DNA of 63,916 nucleotides, the filler included, from an uncultured Methanoregulaceae archaeon (GTDB taxonomy: Archaea > Halobacteriota > Methanomicrobia > Methanomicrobiales > Methanospirillaceae): the NCBI GenBank assembly GCA_964530035.1. It is 6 parts of 6 records of this genome, joined end to end, with 100 filler letters (N's around TTAATTAATTAA, not from the genome) between each part and the next. Parts side by side here need not be neighbours in the genome. Positions count along the whole stretch, not along the records: positions 43,653 to 54,259 come from CAZGXZ010000084.1; positions 54,360 to 63,916 come from CAZGXZ010000095.1; 4 more parts are not named here. One strand, written 5' to 3'. The notes under the pieces were generated by a model. It saw only the letters and a list, made by a program, of their open reading frames with translations, was not told where the DNA came from and did not search any database. Each line of letters begins with the position of its first letter. Position 1 is the first letter of the stretch. Below are positions 48,773-59,359 of this stretch, in pieces. The position numbers and the translations under genes were made by a program.

Positions 48773-49351
48773 AAGGGCGCCGGTTTCAAGGTCGTAATAA
48801 AGGCCGTGGATCTGGATTTTCTTTGAGTCCACGGCCTTTTTAACCAGGGGATACGTCATGATGTGCTCGATCTGCAGTTTTACGTTCTCGTGTTCGATCC
48901 GGCGGTACCGTTCCTTCTTCGCGTCGTCCGTGGTTACAGGCTTCGCCCCCTCATCGATGCGCCGCTTGGCCTCCTGTGCGTTGTTCAGCCAGAGGGGGAT
49001 GTATGCATCATCCGTCACCGCGTCAAGCGCCCGAATCGCACCGCAGCTGGAGTGGCCGCAAATCACGATATCGGTGATTTTCAGGTGGGCGATTGCGTAC
49101 TCAAGGACGGTCGCAAAGTTCCAGTCGTGCGCGGGAACAATATTGCCGATATTGCGCTGGATGAAAATCTGGCCGGGGCATGAATGCGTGATCCGCTCCG
49201 GGTTGACCCGTGAGTCCGAACACCCGAGCCAGAGGACCTTCGGTTTCTGGCTGGCAACAAGTCCCTGGTAGAAATCGATATTTTTCTGGAAATCAGTCGT
49301 CCTGAATTTCTTGTTTCCTTCGAGGAGGTTGTCAATCATCACAAACACCAT
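48758..49351 (-). CDS. Beta-class carbonic anhydrase
   Basis: GCSDSRV, RNIGN, CGHSSCGAI, HGLYYDLETG. Confidence 0.95.
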   Translation of the reverse strand: MVFVMIDNLLEGNKKFRTTDFQKNIDFYQGLVASQKPKVLWLGCSDSRVNPERITHSCPGQIFIQRNIGNIVPAHDWNFATVLEYAIAHLKITDIVICGHSSCGAIRALDAVTDDAYIPLWLNNAQEAKRRIDEGAKPVTTDDAKKERYRRIEHENVKLQIEHIMTYPLVKKAVDSKKIQIHGLYYDLETGALSEIA

Positions 49352-49413
49352 TGGGCGAGCGCTCAGGCTTTCTGGCAAAGCGCTGGCAACAAACCATTTT
49401 TCGCCAGATGTCA

Positions 49414-50541
49414 TTAATTATTCGAACTATCTTTCCCTCCCGCGAGAGTCCCCGGCTTGTGCGCGACAACGAGTGAAAGCCAGAAATCTGGCTGGTACCA
49501 GTCCCTGACCCGGTGCTCCCCGGTGACTACCAGTCCCGAGTCCATGAGTGCCCGCCTGTATGTCTCGTCCGGGAAAGGTGTACCGTGGCCTCCGGCCCCC
49601 CCGGTCTTGGCCTCCCCGTCGATGGTCCAGAGCTGCCACTCAAGGGTGGAAAGCGGGTCTTCCCGGCGTCTGCCGTCAGGCTGGACGTTAACGAAATACC
49701 CCCCCGGGGCAAGTGCCGCGGCAATTTTCGGAACCATTTCAGGGACTTTACCACTCGGGTTCGAGGAGGAAAAAATGAGGCCGTATCCGTCACCGAGGGG
49801 TTCGGAAAAGAAATTTCCCGAAATTACATGGACCCGTTCCATGGTGTATGCCCTGATATAGGATTCCGTGAGGGGGGCGACTCCGGGGAGGTCCATAACG
49901 TAGGCATCACAGTTCGGGAGAGCTTCGGCCAGGGCTATGGCGTACAAACCGTGGCCTCCACCGAGGTCAAGGGCCCTCTGAACCGAGGATATCCCCGGCA
50001 GGCCGAGGATGACCCGGATAATTTCCTGCAGCCTTCCGGTAAGTGCGTTTTCCGCCATCGGAACGAGGGCCCTCCCGGCAAAGAATTCATCGTTGCTGAA
50101 ATCAACCGGCCCTTCCCTGAGTATTCCCGACAGGCCCGCCCATATCGTGAACACCGACTTAAACTCCTTCCTGACAAAGCCTGCCTGGGAGTACGGGGAG
50201 GTACCGGTGAGAAACGTCGTGGTCAGCGGGGTGTTTACAAAACGATCTCCCTGGCGTTTCAGGAGTCCTGCATCAGCATAGATTTCACACAGCGTCCCGA
50301 GGACCCCGGTCTTAAGGCTGAGAAGTCCCGCAAGGTCCCCGACGGTCCGTGGGACCGAGAGTGCATCGAACACACCGGAGGAGAGGCCCGCCTCGACCGC
50401 TGCCAGCATCCGGGCACCCCGCACTGCGCCATGAATAAGGTTGAAAAACGGTTCTGGGGAAATTTCAGGTGCTCTGGAAAGTGCAGCCCGCCGGGTGTCC
50501 CCGGTACCGGGATACGAACCTCCTGGGACCATGCAACGCAT
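49414..50541 (-). CDS. O-methyltransferase family protein (dimerisation + SAM domain)
   Basis: N-terminal wHTH-like region, LDLGGGHGLY, MDLPGV, GNFF, ALAPGG. Confidence 0.85.
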   Translation of the reverse strand: MRCMVPGGSYPGTGDTRRAALSRAPEISPEPFFNLIHGAVRGARMLAAVEAGLSSGVFDALSVPRTVGDLAGLLSLKTGVLGTLCEIYADAGLLKRQGDRFVNTPLTTTFLTGTSPYSQAGFVRKEFKSVFTIWAGLSGILREGPVDFSNDEFFAGRALVPMAENALTGRLQEIIRVILGLPGISSVQRALDLGGGHGLYAIALAEALPNCDAYVMDLPGVAPLTESYIRAYTMERVHVISGNFFSEPLGDGYGLIFSSSNPSGKVPEMVPKIAAALAPGGYFVNVQPDGRRREDPLSTLEWQLWTIDGEAKTGGAGGHGTPFPDETYRRALMDSGLVVTGEHRVRDWYQPDFWLSLVVAHKPGTLAGGKDSSNN

Positions 50542-50687
50542 GTTGTCCTGACGTTAGATGAGAGTTGCGGAAATTAACGCCTGTTCAATAGGAAAACCAT
50601 ATACCCTCTGTTGGTACATAGGTATGGGATTGAACGGCGGGTACGGCAATCGTTCCCGTTTCCCGCCCTGATTCTCCGGGGAACCGA

Positions 50688-51890
50688 ATGAAACGGAATA
50701 TCTGCATTGAAGCCCTGAACCAGACCCCGCTCGAGAGGCAGCGGGTTGAGCTTGTTGAGAGGAAATGTCTTGGACACCCAGACAGCATAGCTGACGGTAT
50801 CGCCGAATCAATCTCCCGCAGTCTCTGCCAGGCATATCTTGACGAATGCGGGGTGCTCCTCCACCACAACACCGACCAGGGCGAGATCGTAGCCGGCGAG
50901 TCCATGCCGAAGTTCGGCGGTGGCAGGATCACGAAGCCGGTCTTCATCCTCCTCGACGGCAGGGCGACCAAGAGGTTTAAGGACTTCTGTATCCCGACTG
51001 ATGCGATTGCCCTGAAAGCAGCCCATACCTATCTCCATGACCTCCTTCCCGAGCTTGACCACGAACGGGATGTCATCATCGATGTCAGGCTTGGCGAAGG
51101 TTCAACCGACCTCAGGGACGTATTTTCCGGGTGCGGAGGAAATGTACCGCTTGCCAACGATACCTCGTTCGGAGTAAGCCATGCTCCTTTTTCAGAAACA
51201 GAGACCATTGTCAGGTCGGTATCAGACTATATCGACACGACCCTCAGACCGAAAAACCCTGCAATCGGGCAGGATATCAAGATCATGGGCCTTCGGGACA
51301 ACAACGACATCACCATAACAATAGCCTGTGCCATGGTCGACCGGTACTGCGCGGACATCAGGGAATACAGGGAGTATAAATTGCTCCTGGAGGACGAGGC
51401 CCTTGCTGTCGCAAAGAAATGCACAGGGCGAAACGTCTCGGTTCACGTGAATACGGCTGATGATGAAAGCAAGGGATCGGTTTTCCTCACGGTAACCGGT
51501 ACCTCGGCAGAAATGGGCGACGACGGGTCTGTAGGGAGAGGCAACCGGTGCAACGGTCTTATCACCCCGAACCGCCCGATGTCGATGGAGGCCACGAGTG
51601 GCAAGAACCCCATCAACCACATCGGAAAGATGTACAATCTCCTGTCCCGCGACCTTGCCCAGGAATGCGTGGCAAAGGTGGACGGGATTGAAGAGATCTA
51701 TATCCGCCTCCTGTCCCAGATCGGTAAACCCATCGACCACCCCCTCGTGGCCGGGGTCCAGGTTATCCCCAAGGCAGGGGTTTCTATGGGTTCCCTAGAG
51801 GCCGAGATCATGGCAATCATCGATGATGGGCTGGCCGGGATCTCCTGTATCACCGACAAGATGGTCCGCGGGGAGCTCAAGACCTTCTGA
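50688..51890 (+). CDS. mat: S-adenosylmethionine synthetase (archaeal type)
   Basis: [54 protein letters not shown]. Confidence 0.96.
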   Translation: MKRNICIEALNQTPLERQRVELVERKCLGHPDSIADGIAESISRSLCQAYLDECGVLLHHNTDQGEIVAGESMPKFGGGRITKPVFILLDGRATKRFKDFCIPTDAIALKAAHTYLHDLLPELDHERDVIIDVRLGEGSTDLRDVFSGCGGNVPLANDTSFGVSHAPFSETETIVRSVSDYIDTTLRPKNPAIGQDIKIMGLRDNNDITITIACAMVDRYCADIREYREYKLLLEDEALAVAKKCTGRNVSVHVNTADDESKGSVFLTVTGTSAEMGDDGSVGRGNRCNGLITPNRPMSMEATSGKNPINHIGKMYNLLSRDLAQECVAKVDGIEEIYIRLLSQIGKPIDHPLVAGVQVIPKAGVSMGSLEAEIMAIIDDGLAGISCITDKMVRGELKTF

Positions 51891-51914
51891 CCGGGTCCGT
51901 CATCATCATTTTTC

Positions 51915-52784
51915 ATGGTAGACAAGGTCATCAGGCTCGCAATTCCGAACAAGGGAAGGATTGCAGAGCCCGTTAAGGAACTCATTGAAAAAAGCGGCCT
52001 TCACATCCGCTCGACAGGAGATCGCCTGCTGCTTGCAAAGACGGTCGACCCCCATGTCGAGATCATCTTTGCACGGCCCATCGACATACCCGGTTATGTA
52101 TCAGCAGGGATTGCCGACCTCGGAATCACCGGGCAGGACATGATAAAGGAACGCCGTGCCGAGGTCAGGGAGCTCCTTGACCTGGGATTCGGCAGGGCGA
52201 ACCTGGTCCTCGCCGTCATGGAGGAGTCGGCAGCGAGGAGTGCCGCAGACCTCGAGGGCTCCCGTATCGCGACCGAGTTCCCGGAGATAACCCGGGATTA
52301 TTTCAAGGCAATCGGTGTCGGCGTGACGGTCGTCCAGGTGAGCGGAGCATGCGAAGCGACACCCCACCTTGGGATTGCGGATGCCATCGTGGACCTCTCA
52401 TCATCAGGGGCGACGCTGGAGACGAACCACCTCCGTGTCATCGGGACCCTGTTTCCGACATGCACCGTCCTCGTGGCGAACCCGTCGTCATTCGCATCCT
52501 GCCGCCCCAAGATCGACGAACTGACGCTTGCCTTCGAGTCCGTCGTGCGTGCCCGCGGCCAGTGCTACCTCATGATGAACGTGGGAAGGGACAACCTTCC
52601 TGTCGTGAGAGACCTGCTCCCCGGCCTTTCAGGCCCGACGGTCATGGATGTCGCCTCATCGGGAGACCTGGTCGCGGTCCACGCAGTTGTCAGCGAGGAA
52701 CGCATTTATGCCCTTATCAACCAGCTGAGGCTTGCGGGGGCCCGGGATATCCTTGTCCTTTCTGTTGAACGGATGGTGCGCTGA
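51915..52784 (+). CDS. hisG: ATP phosphoribosyltransferase
   Basis: AIPNKGRI, RPIDIP, DLGITGQD, IATEFP, GACEATP, DLSSSG.TL..N.L. Confidence 0.96.
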   Translation: MVDKVIRLAIPNKGRIAEPVKELIEKSGLHIRSTGDRLLLAKTVDPHVEIIFARPIDIPGYVSAGIADLGITGQDMIKERRAEVRELLDLGFGRANLVLAVMEESAARSAADLEGSRIATEFPEITRDYFKAIGVGVTVVQVSGACEATPHLGIADAIVDLSSSGATLETNHLRVIGTLFPTCTVLVANPSSFASCRPKIDELTLAFESVVRARGQCYLMMNVGRDNLPVVRDLLPGLSGPTVMDVASSGDLVAVHAVVSEERIYALINQLRLAGARDILVLSVERMVR

Positions 52785-53495
52785 ATGCACGTGTTCCCTG
52801 CGGTAGATATCCTCGGGGGCCAGTGTGCCCAGCTGGTCCAGGGAAAGAGGGAATCAGCCAGCTTTTTCGGCGACCCGCGGGACTGTGCCCTGAAATGGAT
52901 CCGCGAGGGTGCCGACCGGCTCCACGTGGTCAACCTTGATGGAGCATTCGGGGTCTCCGGGGCGAACGTTGCACTTATCGAGGACCTCATTGCAAAGACG
53001 GGTGTCTATGTCCAGCTCGGGGGCGGGATCCGGTCCTATGCGGATGCATCGGGCTGGCTTGACGCTGGTGTAAGCCGTGTGATCCTTGGCACGGTAGCGG
53101 TTCAGGAGCCATCCATCATAGCTGAGCTGTCGGGATCATATGGTGGTGAGCGGGTGATGGCCGGGGTCGATGCGAAGGACGGCCAGGTCGTCATCAGGGG
53201 CTGGGAGGAGCCGGCAGGAGATTACCTCACCTGGGCGGCACGGTTCGTTGAGCTGGGAGCAGGATCGCTCCTCTTTACAAACGTCGACGTTGAAGGGCTC
53301 CAGCGGGGTATCCAGCCCGGTCCTGTAACGGCTCTTATCAATGCCGTTTCCGTGCCCGTGGTCGTTGCCGGCGGAGTATCATCAGCAGGCGACGTCGCCA
53401 CCATCCGGGATGCCGGGGCTGAGGGCGTGGTCCTGGGATCATCCCTTTACCATGGAAAGATCACACTGAGATCAGCCATGGAGGCGGCACGGTGA
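52785..53495 (+). CDS. hisA: ProFAR isomerase
   Basis: [33 protein letters not shown]. Confidence 0.94.
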   Translation: MHVFPAVDILGGQCAQLVQGKRESASFFGDPRDCALKWIREGADRLHVVNLDGAFGVSGANVALIEDLIAKTGVYVQLGGGIRSYADASGWLDAGVSRVILGTVAVQEPSIIAELSGSYGGERVMAGVDAKDGQVVIRGWEEPAGDYLTWAARFVELGAGSLLFTNVDVEGLQRGIQPGPVTALINAVSVPVVVAGGVSSAGDVATIRDAGAEGVVLGSSLYHGKITLRSAMEAAR

Positions 53496-54067
53496 GAACG
53501 GGACGGTATGCGAGAAGGACGAATGAAACCGATATCAGTATAGAACTCGTCATTGAAGGATCAGGACGGTGCGAGATTGAAACCGGCATCCCGTTTTTCA
53601 ACCACATGCTCCACGCCCTTGGAAAACACTCGGGGATGGACCTTGTCATCAGGGTTTCTGGTGACCTTGATGTCGGGCCGCACCACACGATAGAAGATAC
53701 CGGGATCGCGCTCGGCCGTGCCCTCCGGGATGCGGTCGGCGACGGGAGCGGGATACGACGTTTCGGGCATGCCCTCGTCCCCATGGACGAGGCTCTCGCG
53801 GTGGTCGCGGTTGACTGCGGGGGGCGGTCGTACCTCGTTTTCAAATCACCCTTTGCAGCCCTGATCGAGGGACAGATCCCAGGTGGCATCATCTGCCACT
53901 TTTTCGAGTCGCTCTGTTCAAATGCAGGGATAACCGCGAACATGAAAGCCGAAGGCACCTGTGACCACCACAAGTGCGAAGCACTTTTCAAGGCGTTTGG
54001 CCGTGCCCTTGCCGATGCCCTTTCGAAAGGCCAGAGCGGGATACCGAGTACGAAAGGGGTCCTTTAA
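53492..54067 (+). CDS. hisB: Imidazoleglycerol-phosphate dehydratase
   Basis: [43 protein letters not shown]. Confidence 0.96.
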   Translation: MRTGRYARRTNETDISIELVIEGSGRCEIETGIPFFNHMLHALGKHSGMDLVIRVSGDLDVGPHHTIEDTGIALGRALRDAVGDGSGIRRFGHALVPMDEALAVVAVDCGGRSYLVFKSPFAALIEGQIPGGIICHFFESLCSNAGITANMKAEGTCDHHKCEALFKAFGRALADALSKGQSGIPSTKGVL

Positions 54068-54359
54068 CTTCAGGGCCCTCATTACCTGCCGTTCTTTTTC
54101 CCGCCGAGCTGATGAAGATCTCCTTGAATCTCTATATTTTACATCTATAGGCTTGTTGAAACCATATGATCGGAATTGCAACTGATGGATATCTCTCATA
54201 ATGTGGTGAATAAAATTGAAGAGAGAGAAGATTTTAGCGGAACAAAAAATTTCATTTTTNNNNNNNNNNNNNNNNNNNNNNNNNNNNNNNNNNNNNNNNN
54301 NNNTTAATTAATTAANNNNNNNNNNNNNNNNNNNNNNNNNNNNNNNNNNNNNNNNNNNN

Positions 54360-54563
54360 GACCCTCTCGTCGCCTTTCCTCATGCTTTCAAGGAGTTTTT
54401 CCTCGTTCCTCGTCAGGCCACGGCGGATTTTCCTCCGGGCACGCGAGGGCATGACCGGGACGAGGTCTGAAACCGCCATGCCCTGGAGGTCCCCAATGGT
54501 ATACCCGTGATAGGTAAACTCCTCGCGGCGCCTCGGCACTCTCTTCTGGGTTTTCTTTGCCAT
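54360..54563 (-). CDS. rps19p: 30S ribosomal protein S19 (5' part)
   Basis: EFTYHGYT...MPSRARRKIRRG; follows rpl2. Confidence 0.92.
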
Positions 54564-54569
54564 TTGTCC

Positions 54570-55286
54570 TCACCTCTTGCCTGCCCCGGTCCTGCGGGCA
54601 GCGATATGTCCAATCTTCCTGCCTGGAGAGGTTCCCCGGCTGACGGTCTTCGGCCTTCCGGGGTGCTGGTGCCCACCGCCACCGAACGGGTGGTCGATGA
54701 CGTTCATGGCGACTCCTCGTACCCTCGGCCAGTTGCTGGCGGTGTTCCGCATCTTGTGGTACTTGTTTCCTGCCTTCACGAACGGTTTCTCTCCCCGGCC
54801 GCCCCCGGCGACGATGCCAACGGTAGCCCGGCAGTTGCCATTGAACCACTTCACCGAGCCGCTCGGCATCTGGACCGCGACATTGTCCCCGATCCTGTCG
54901 GTGACCATCGCCTGGACGCCACCCGACCGGACGAATTTACCGCCGTCATTCGGACGCGCTTCGATATTACAGACATAGATCCCCGTGGGGATCGAGGACA
55001 GGGGAAGGGTATTCCCGTTCCTGACCTCTGCCTCAGGTCCCCAGGCTATTGCCTGGCCGACACCGGTCCCTTCCGTGGCGAGGGCATAGGTCTTGGTCCC
55101 GTCTTCAAGTCTCACCAGGGCAATGGGAGCCGAACGTGCAGGGTCGTGTTCAATATCTATGACACTTCCCCTGACCGTTGTCTTTCCGGACCCCAGGTGC
55201 TTTAAGGCAGCCTTGAAGCGGTGAGACGGTGCGCGGTATACCGGACCGCCTCTTCCCCTGTTCTGGGTTGTTATGCGATGTCCCAT
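54570..55286 (-). CDS. rpl2: 50S ribosomal protein L2
   Basis: HDPARSAP, WPRVRGVAMN..DHPFGGG. Confidence 0.98.
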   Translation of the reverse strand: MGHRITTQNRGRGGPVYRAPSHRFKAALKHLGSGKTTVRGSVIDIEHDPARSAPIALVRLEDGTKTYALATEGTGVGQAIAWGPEAEVRNGNTLPLSSIPTGIYVCNIEARPNDGGKFVRSGGVQAMVTDRIGDNVAVQMPSGSVKWFNGNCRATVGIVAGGGRGEKPFVKAGNKYHKMRNTASNWPRVRGVAMNVIDHPFGGGGHQHPGRPKTVSRGTSPGRKIGHIAARRTGAGKR

Positions 55287-55295
55287 GGTCCAACC

Positions 55296-55544
55296 TCACA
55301 TGATTCCCAGCCGGCTGAGGATTTCCTCGGCGGCCTTTTCGTTCTCAAAACTGACAATAGCCTTCTTCTCGCCGTGGGTGGTCATGACGGTCCTGACCGA
55401 GGTGACCTTCTGCCCGAAGAGTTTTTCGATCTCCCGCTTGATACGGGTCTTATCGGCGGTATTGTCCACCAGGAACTGTATCTTGTTCTGGTTCTCGAGC
55501 ATCATCATTGCCTTTTCTGTGACAAAGGGGTGTTTCAGGACCAT
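55296..55544 (-). CDS. rpl23: 50S ribosomal protein L23
   Basis: HPFVTEKA, GEKKAIV. Confidence 0.96.
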   Translation of the reverse strand: MVLKHPFVTEKAMMMLENQNKIQFLVDNTADKTRIKREIEKLFGQKVTSVRTVMTTHGEKKAIVSFENEKAAEEILSRLGIM

Positions 55545-56291
55545 TTACCTCGCCTCCAGGCCCTTTATCGCACCTTCGGTCCATATGGTGAGCCTTCCGG
55601 CATGGGTGCCGGGTGCGAGGAGTTCTGTGTTGATCTGCCCGACCGTGACGATGTCCACTCCGGCAAGGTTCTTTGCAGCAGTGAGAGGCGCACGGGAGGT
55701 GACAATGAGGAGACTCTTCCTCTGCTTGTATTTCCTGCCACGGAGCTTCCCCCTTCCGGGACGGATCTTCCGGCTGGCATGAGACCGTTCGACATCGGCA
55801 TACAGGCCGGTTGCCTTGAGGACTTCGACGACGTCCTTCGTCTTGGTAAGGTCTTCGAAGCGGTCCTCGATGACGAACGGGAGTACTCCCTCGAACCGGT
55901 GGCCCCTGCTCCTCACGACAGCATCCGATGTTGTCGCTGCGATCGCTGAGTTAAGTGCCTTTCTCTTTTCTTTCCGGTTGATGAACCGTTCGAGGATTTT
56001 CTCGACTTTCGGGGGATGGGCTTCCCTTCCACCGACAGCCTGCGGGACGCGGGCTCCGCGTGACCCGTTCTTCAGTCTGGGGAGGTGCGATGCACCACGG
56101 CCGCTTCCCCACCCTACCGCCGAAGTCTCGATACCGGCGTAGGGATGGGTCCCATGTGGCTGCCTTCTGCAGCTCTGGATGGCAATGACCGCCTTTTTTA
56201 TAAGGTCCGGCCTGTATTCCTCTTCGAATACCAACGGCAGGTCTATCTCGCGGTCTTTCTTTCCTTCAATTGTTAATACTTGTGCCTTCAT
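55545..56291 (-). CDS. rpl4: 50S ribosomal protein L4
   Basis: RPDLIKKAV, WGSGRG, GGREAHPPK, LAPGTHAGRLTIWT. Confidence 0.97.
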   Translation of the reverse strand: MKAQVLTIEGKKDREIDLPLVFEEEYRPDLIKKAVIAIQSCRRQPHGTHPYAGIETSAVGWGSGRGASHLPRLKNGSRGARVPQAVGGREAHPPKVEKILERFINRKEKRKALNSAIAATTSDAVVRSRGHRFEGVLPFVIEDRFEDLTKTKDVVEVLKATGLYADVERSHASRKIRPGRGKLRGRKYKQRKSLLIVTSRAPLTAAKNLAGVDIVTVGQINTELLAPGTHAGRLTIWTEGAIKGLEAR

Positions 56292-56297
56292 CACCGC

Positions 56298-57308
56298 TCA
56301 CCCCTGCTTGCTCTGGAGGCTCACAAACCCGACCGCGGGGGTCCTCACGTGGTGTTCTCCCTGGCGGATCGCCGGCCTCATGCGGATCAGCCGCTTCGAT
56401 GGCCCGGGGATGGACCCCTTGATGAGGACGTATCCGTTCCGGACAACACCGTAATGGAGGAAACCGCCCGTCGGAGTGACTTCCGAACCGTCCTCACCGA
56501 TCTTGATAATGCGCTTGTTGAACTCGGTCCTCTGCTGGTATCCGAGCTGACCGGCCTGCGGGACCTGCCAGCGGACATGGTGGGGGTTCCAGGGACCAAG
56601 ACATCCAATGTGCCGCTCTTTTCCTCCACGGCTATGCTTCCTCTTCCGGAGCTTGATGCCCCACCGTTTGACCGGGCCCTGCGTCCCCTTACCCGTGGTG
56701 ACAGCGGTGATATCCGTATATGCACCTGACTGGAAGATATCGGCGACCCGGATTTCCTTTCCAAGGATCCCCTGCGCATACGCATACTGCTTCGGGATAT
56801 CTCCCCCGGCAATCTTGACCTCCATGAGGTCAGGCACTTTTTTCGGGACACCGGTGATCTCGTATGGAGTTGTATACATGAGCGCATACAGCTCGACGAC
56901 CTCGCCTGATGCAACGGCAGATTCCATCCTGCCACTGGCTTCATCAGAGGACTTTTTGGGGAGATTTACCCGTTTCCCGAGCTCTTCGTCGAGTGAAGGT
57001 GCCCAGACCTCTCCAATCGCCCGCTTCCCGTAGGTGTCCCTGGTGTAGGCCCTCAGGGCGGCGACCTTCATGGAAGGTACCTCGATGACCGTGACCGGTA
57101 CCATGATCTCCTTCCCTTCGGTCGGGCTGAACTTGTGGTCATCGACCATGACGATATGCGTCATGCCAACCTTGTAACCGGCAAAGCCCAGGAGGCGCGG
57201 TTCGCCCTCATACCCGGGCCATGCATTGTAGCGCGGCACAGGGCTCTTCGCCCGTTTCCTCGGGCTGTATGCAAGTGAACCTTTGCGGGGTGTGTTTATT
57301 TTCGGCAT
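56298..57308 (-). CDS. rpl3: 50S ribosomal protein L3
   Basis: [41 protein letters not shown]; start MPKINTP 57308 with AGGAAGG upstream. Confidence 0.97.
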   Translation of the reverse strand: MPKINTPRKGSLAYSPRKRAKSPVPRYNAWPGYEGEPRLLGFAGYKVGMTHIVMVDDHKFSPTEGKEIMVPVTVIEVPSMKVAALRAYTRDTYGKRAIGEVWAPSLDEELGKRVNLPKKSSDEASGRMESAVASGEVVELYALMYTTPYEITGVPKKVPDLMEVKIAGGDIPKQYAYAQGILGKEIRVADIFQSGAYTDITAVTTGKGTQGPVKRWGIKLRKRKHSRGGKERHIGCLGPWNPHHVRWQVPQAGQLGYQQRTEFNKRIIKIGEDGSEVTPTGGFLHYGVVRNGYVLIKGSIPGPSKRLIRMRPAIRQGEHHVRTPAVGFVSLQSKQG

Positions 57309-57790
57309 ATTCTGTTCCTTCCTATAGTGGTATCCCTTGGAAACCACGGGGGCGGTTCAGGTTGCGGCGTACCGTATTCACGGATGAAGGCATACCTGCA
57401 GGTTCGGGGACACCTGTCCCGCTGGATCTGCATCAGCCGAATCATGCTCCGGAGGGCATATCTCCGGACACTGCCGATACCCGAAACCGGCTTCCCGGGT
57501 CTCACGAAGAGATCCTGACTCCAACGCCTCCATGTACTGACACACGGAACGGGCACGTGATGCCACACGTTCGCCCACGGGCGGTCTTGTCAGTTCCCTA
57601 CATCTTCATGGCGTGTTAAACACGCCATACTCGTTCTGCACCACCCTGAGGCGGTGCCACCCTGCAACCAGGAATCCTGAATGCGGGGACAAGGAGCGTT
57701 TTCACCCTCCCCTGCGGCCCTGCAAAGCTGCAGAGGCGCATAAATCTCCGTATCCGTCAGCGATACTCTGGTGTAGGCTTCCGTAATGGT
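57309..57790 (-). ncRNA. Putative long structured leader / ncRNA upstream of rpl3
   Basis: No credible ORF; at least 7 local hairpins plus long-range pairs; TTTATC-type TATA element near 57805-57812 on the minus strand. Confidence 0.5.
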
Positions 57791-57847
57791 TAGCAGAAAG
57801 AAAAGATAAAGGTATTGGACAGTAGGATACCGTGAGTACCTCCCGGG

Positions 57848-58252
57848 TCAGGCGAAGTAGATCTCTCCGTCATCGTTGATGTAGACGTTCACATCATCCC
57901 TGATCTGCCGGGCTTTCAGACGTTCTGGGATTGATTCCCGGAGGCGGTTGATGAGCGAGATAGTATCATACCTCACCTTGATGCCCATGACACCGGCCTC
58001 CTTGTAGATGAGGGGTGCAACTTCCAGGAGGTCGCTTCCCGAGGGCAGGGTACACAAGGGCCTGGCATCAAGGGTATACATGAATTCCAGGGTTTCCTTG
58101 GCCCTCCTTACATTTTCAAGGGCGGCCTTCTCGATGGTGCAGACATTGGCCTTTGAGGTTTCAATAATATCTGCTATCTGCTGCTGCGTCATCCCCTGCC
58201 GACGGTACCGGAGTACCTCCTTCTGTCGTTCAGTAAGAAGGCCTTCTTTCAT
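57848..58252 (-). CDS. tfx: Tfx-family DNA-binding protein
   Basis: LTERQKEVLRYR.QGMTQQQIA....TSKANV..IEK.A.EN..RA.ETL. Confidence 0.9.
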   Translation of the reverse strand: MKEGLLTERQKEVLRYRRQGMTQQQIADIIETSKANVCTIEKAALENVRRAKETLEFMYTLDARPLCTLPSGSDLLEVAPLIYKEAGVMGIKVRYDTISLINRLRESIPERLKARQIRDDVNVYINDDGEIYFA

Positions 58253-58466
58253 CAAACTCCGTACGCTTGATAAATTTAAACACTTTTCGTTAACCTCATA
58301 CCGGCACCCGCTGCAGTCGCAGGACAGGGATACCCGCTCTGCCGGAGGATGGTAGTGACCAGGTAGTTCTCTCTTTTAATTGCATTTTTTTCCAAAAACT
58401 AGATTTCAAAATGTTTATATGTACTCTTGCCACAGGTACGTTATCACCGTACAAAGAGGTGTTTCT

Positions 58467-59309
58467 ATGGTAGTAAAAGTCGGAATTGCAAAGCTCGGAA
58501 ATATTGCGAGTGGTGTGATGGGAGAACTGCTCCTCGATGAGCGTGCTGACCGTGAGGATGTCCAGACCTTCATGGCAACAAGCGGGACCAAGCTCCAGCC
58601 CGAAGACATCGACCGCGTGGTCTCCAACATGAAGGCATGGAAGCCGGACTTCGCCGTTGTCGTATCCCCGAATGGTGTCCTTCCCGGGCCCAAGGGAGCC
58701 CGTGAACAGCTCCTTGCAGCCGGAATCCCCTGCGTTGTCATAACTGATGACATCACCACCAAGAAAGAAGACTGGGAGGCCTTAAAGGCAAGCAAGTTCG
58801 GCTATATTATCATGAAGGGCGATGCAATGATTGGCGCCCGCCGTGAGTTCCTCGACCCCGTCGAGATGGCTGACTACAACGGCAACCTTGTAAAAGTCCT
58901 CTCACTCACCGGTGCATTCCGCAAGCTCCAGATGGGACTCGACAAGGTCATCGACCAGGTCAAGGCAGGAAAGTCAGGTGACGCCCTTGAACTCCCGAAG
59001 ATCGTCATGACATCCGACCTTGCGGTGGAAGGGGAGTTTTCGAACCCGTACGCACAGGCCAAGGCGCGTGCAGCCTACGAGATTGCCCAGGCGGTCGCCG
59101 GCGTCAACGTGAAGGGCTGCTTCATGACCAAGGAATGGGAGAAGTACATCCCGATCGTCTGCAGCGCACATGAGATGATGAGGGTCGCCGCAGCGCTCTG
59201 TGACGAGGCCCGCGAGATCGAGAAGGCCGGCGACGGAATCATCCGCAAGCCCCACAAGAAAGACGGCGTAATCGTTGCCAAGACCAAGCTGATCAGCAAG
59301 CCTGAATAA
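58467..59309 (+). CDS. mtd: F420-dependent methylene-H4MPT dehydrogenase
   Basis: [47 protein letters not shown]. Confidence 0.97.
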   Translation: MVVKVGIAKLGNIASGVMGELLLDERADREDVQTFMATSGTKLQPEDIDRVVSNMKAWKPDFAVVVSPNGVLPGPKGAREQLLAAGIPCVVITDDITTKKEDWEALKASKFGYIIMKGDAMIGARREFLDPVEMADYNGNLVKVLSLTGAFRKLQMGLDKVIDQVKAGKSGDALELPKIVMTSDLAVEGEFSNPYAQAKARAAYEIAQAVAGVNVKGCFMTKEWEKYIPIVCSAHEMMRVAAALCDEAREIEKAGDGIIRKPHKKDGVIVAKTKLISKPE

Positions 59310-59313
59310 TCAG

Positions 59314-59326
59314 CCCTTTTTTTTAT
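59314..59326 (+). terminator. Oligo-T archaeal terminator after mtd
   Basis: T-tract 8 nt after the stop codon. Confidence 0.5.
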
Positions 59327-59359
59327 CAAGGTGTCTTTCCGCGGGTAATCCGCTACTTG

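Noticed and set aside
52785..53495. HisA as a bifunctional PriA replacing the missing trpF
   Set aside because: Has IRGW but carries GGG rather than SGG and QLVQG rather than RLVQG; nothing visible separates it from ordinary methanogen HisA, and it is on a different scaffold
57309..57790. RNase P RNA, SRP RNA or tRNA identity for the structured region
   Set aside because: I found no GAGGAAAGTCC P4 signature, SRP helix 8 motif or tRNA cloverleaf on either strand
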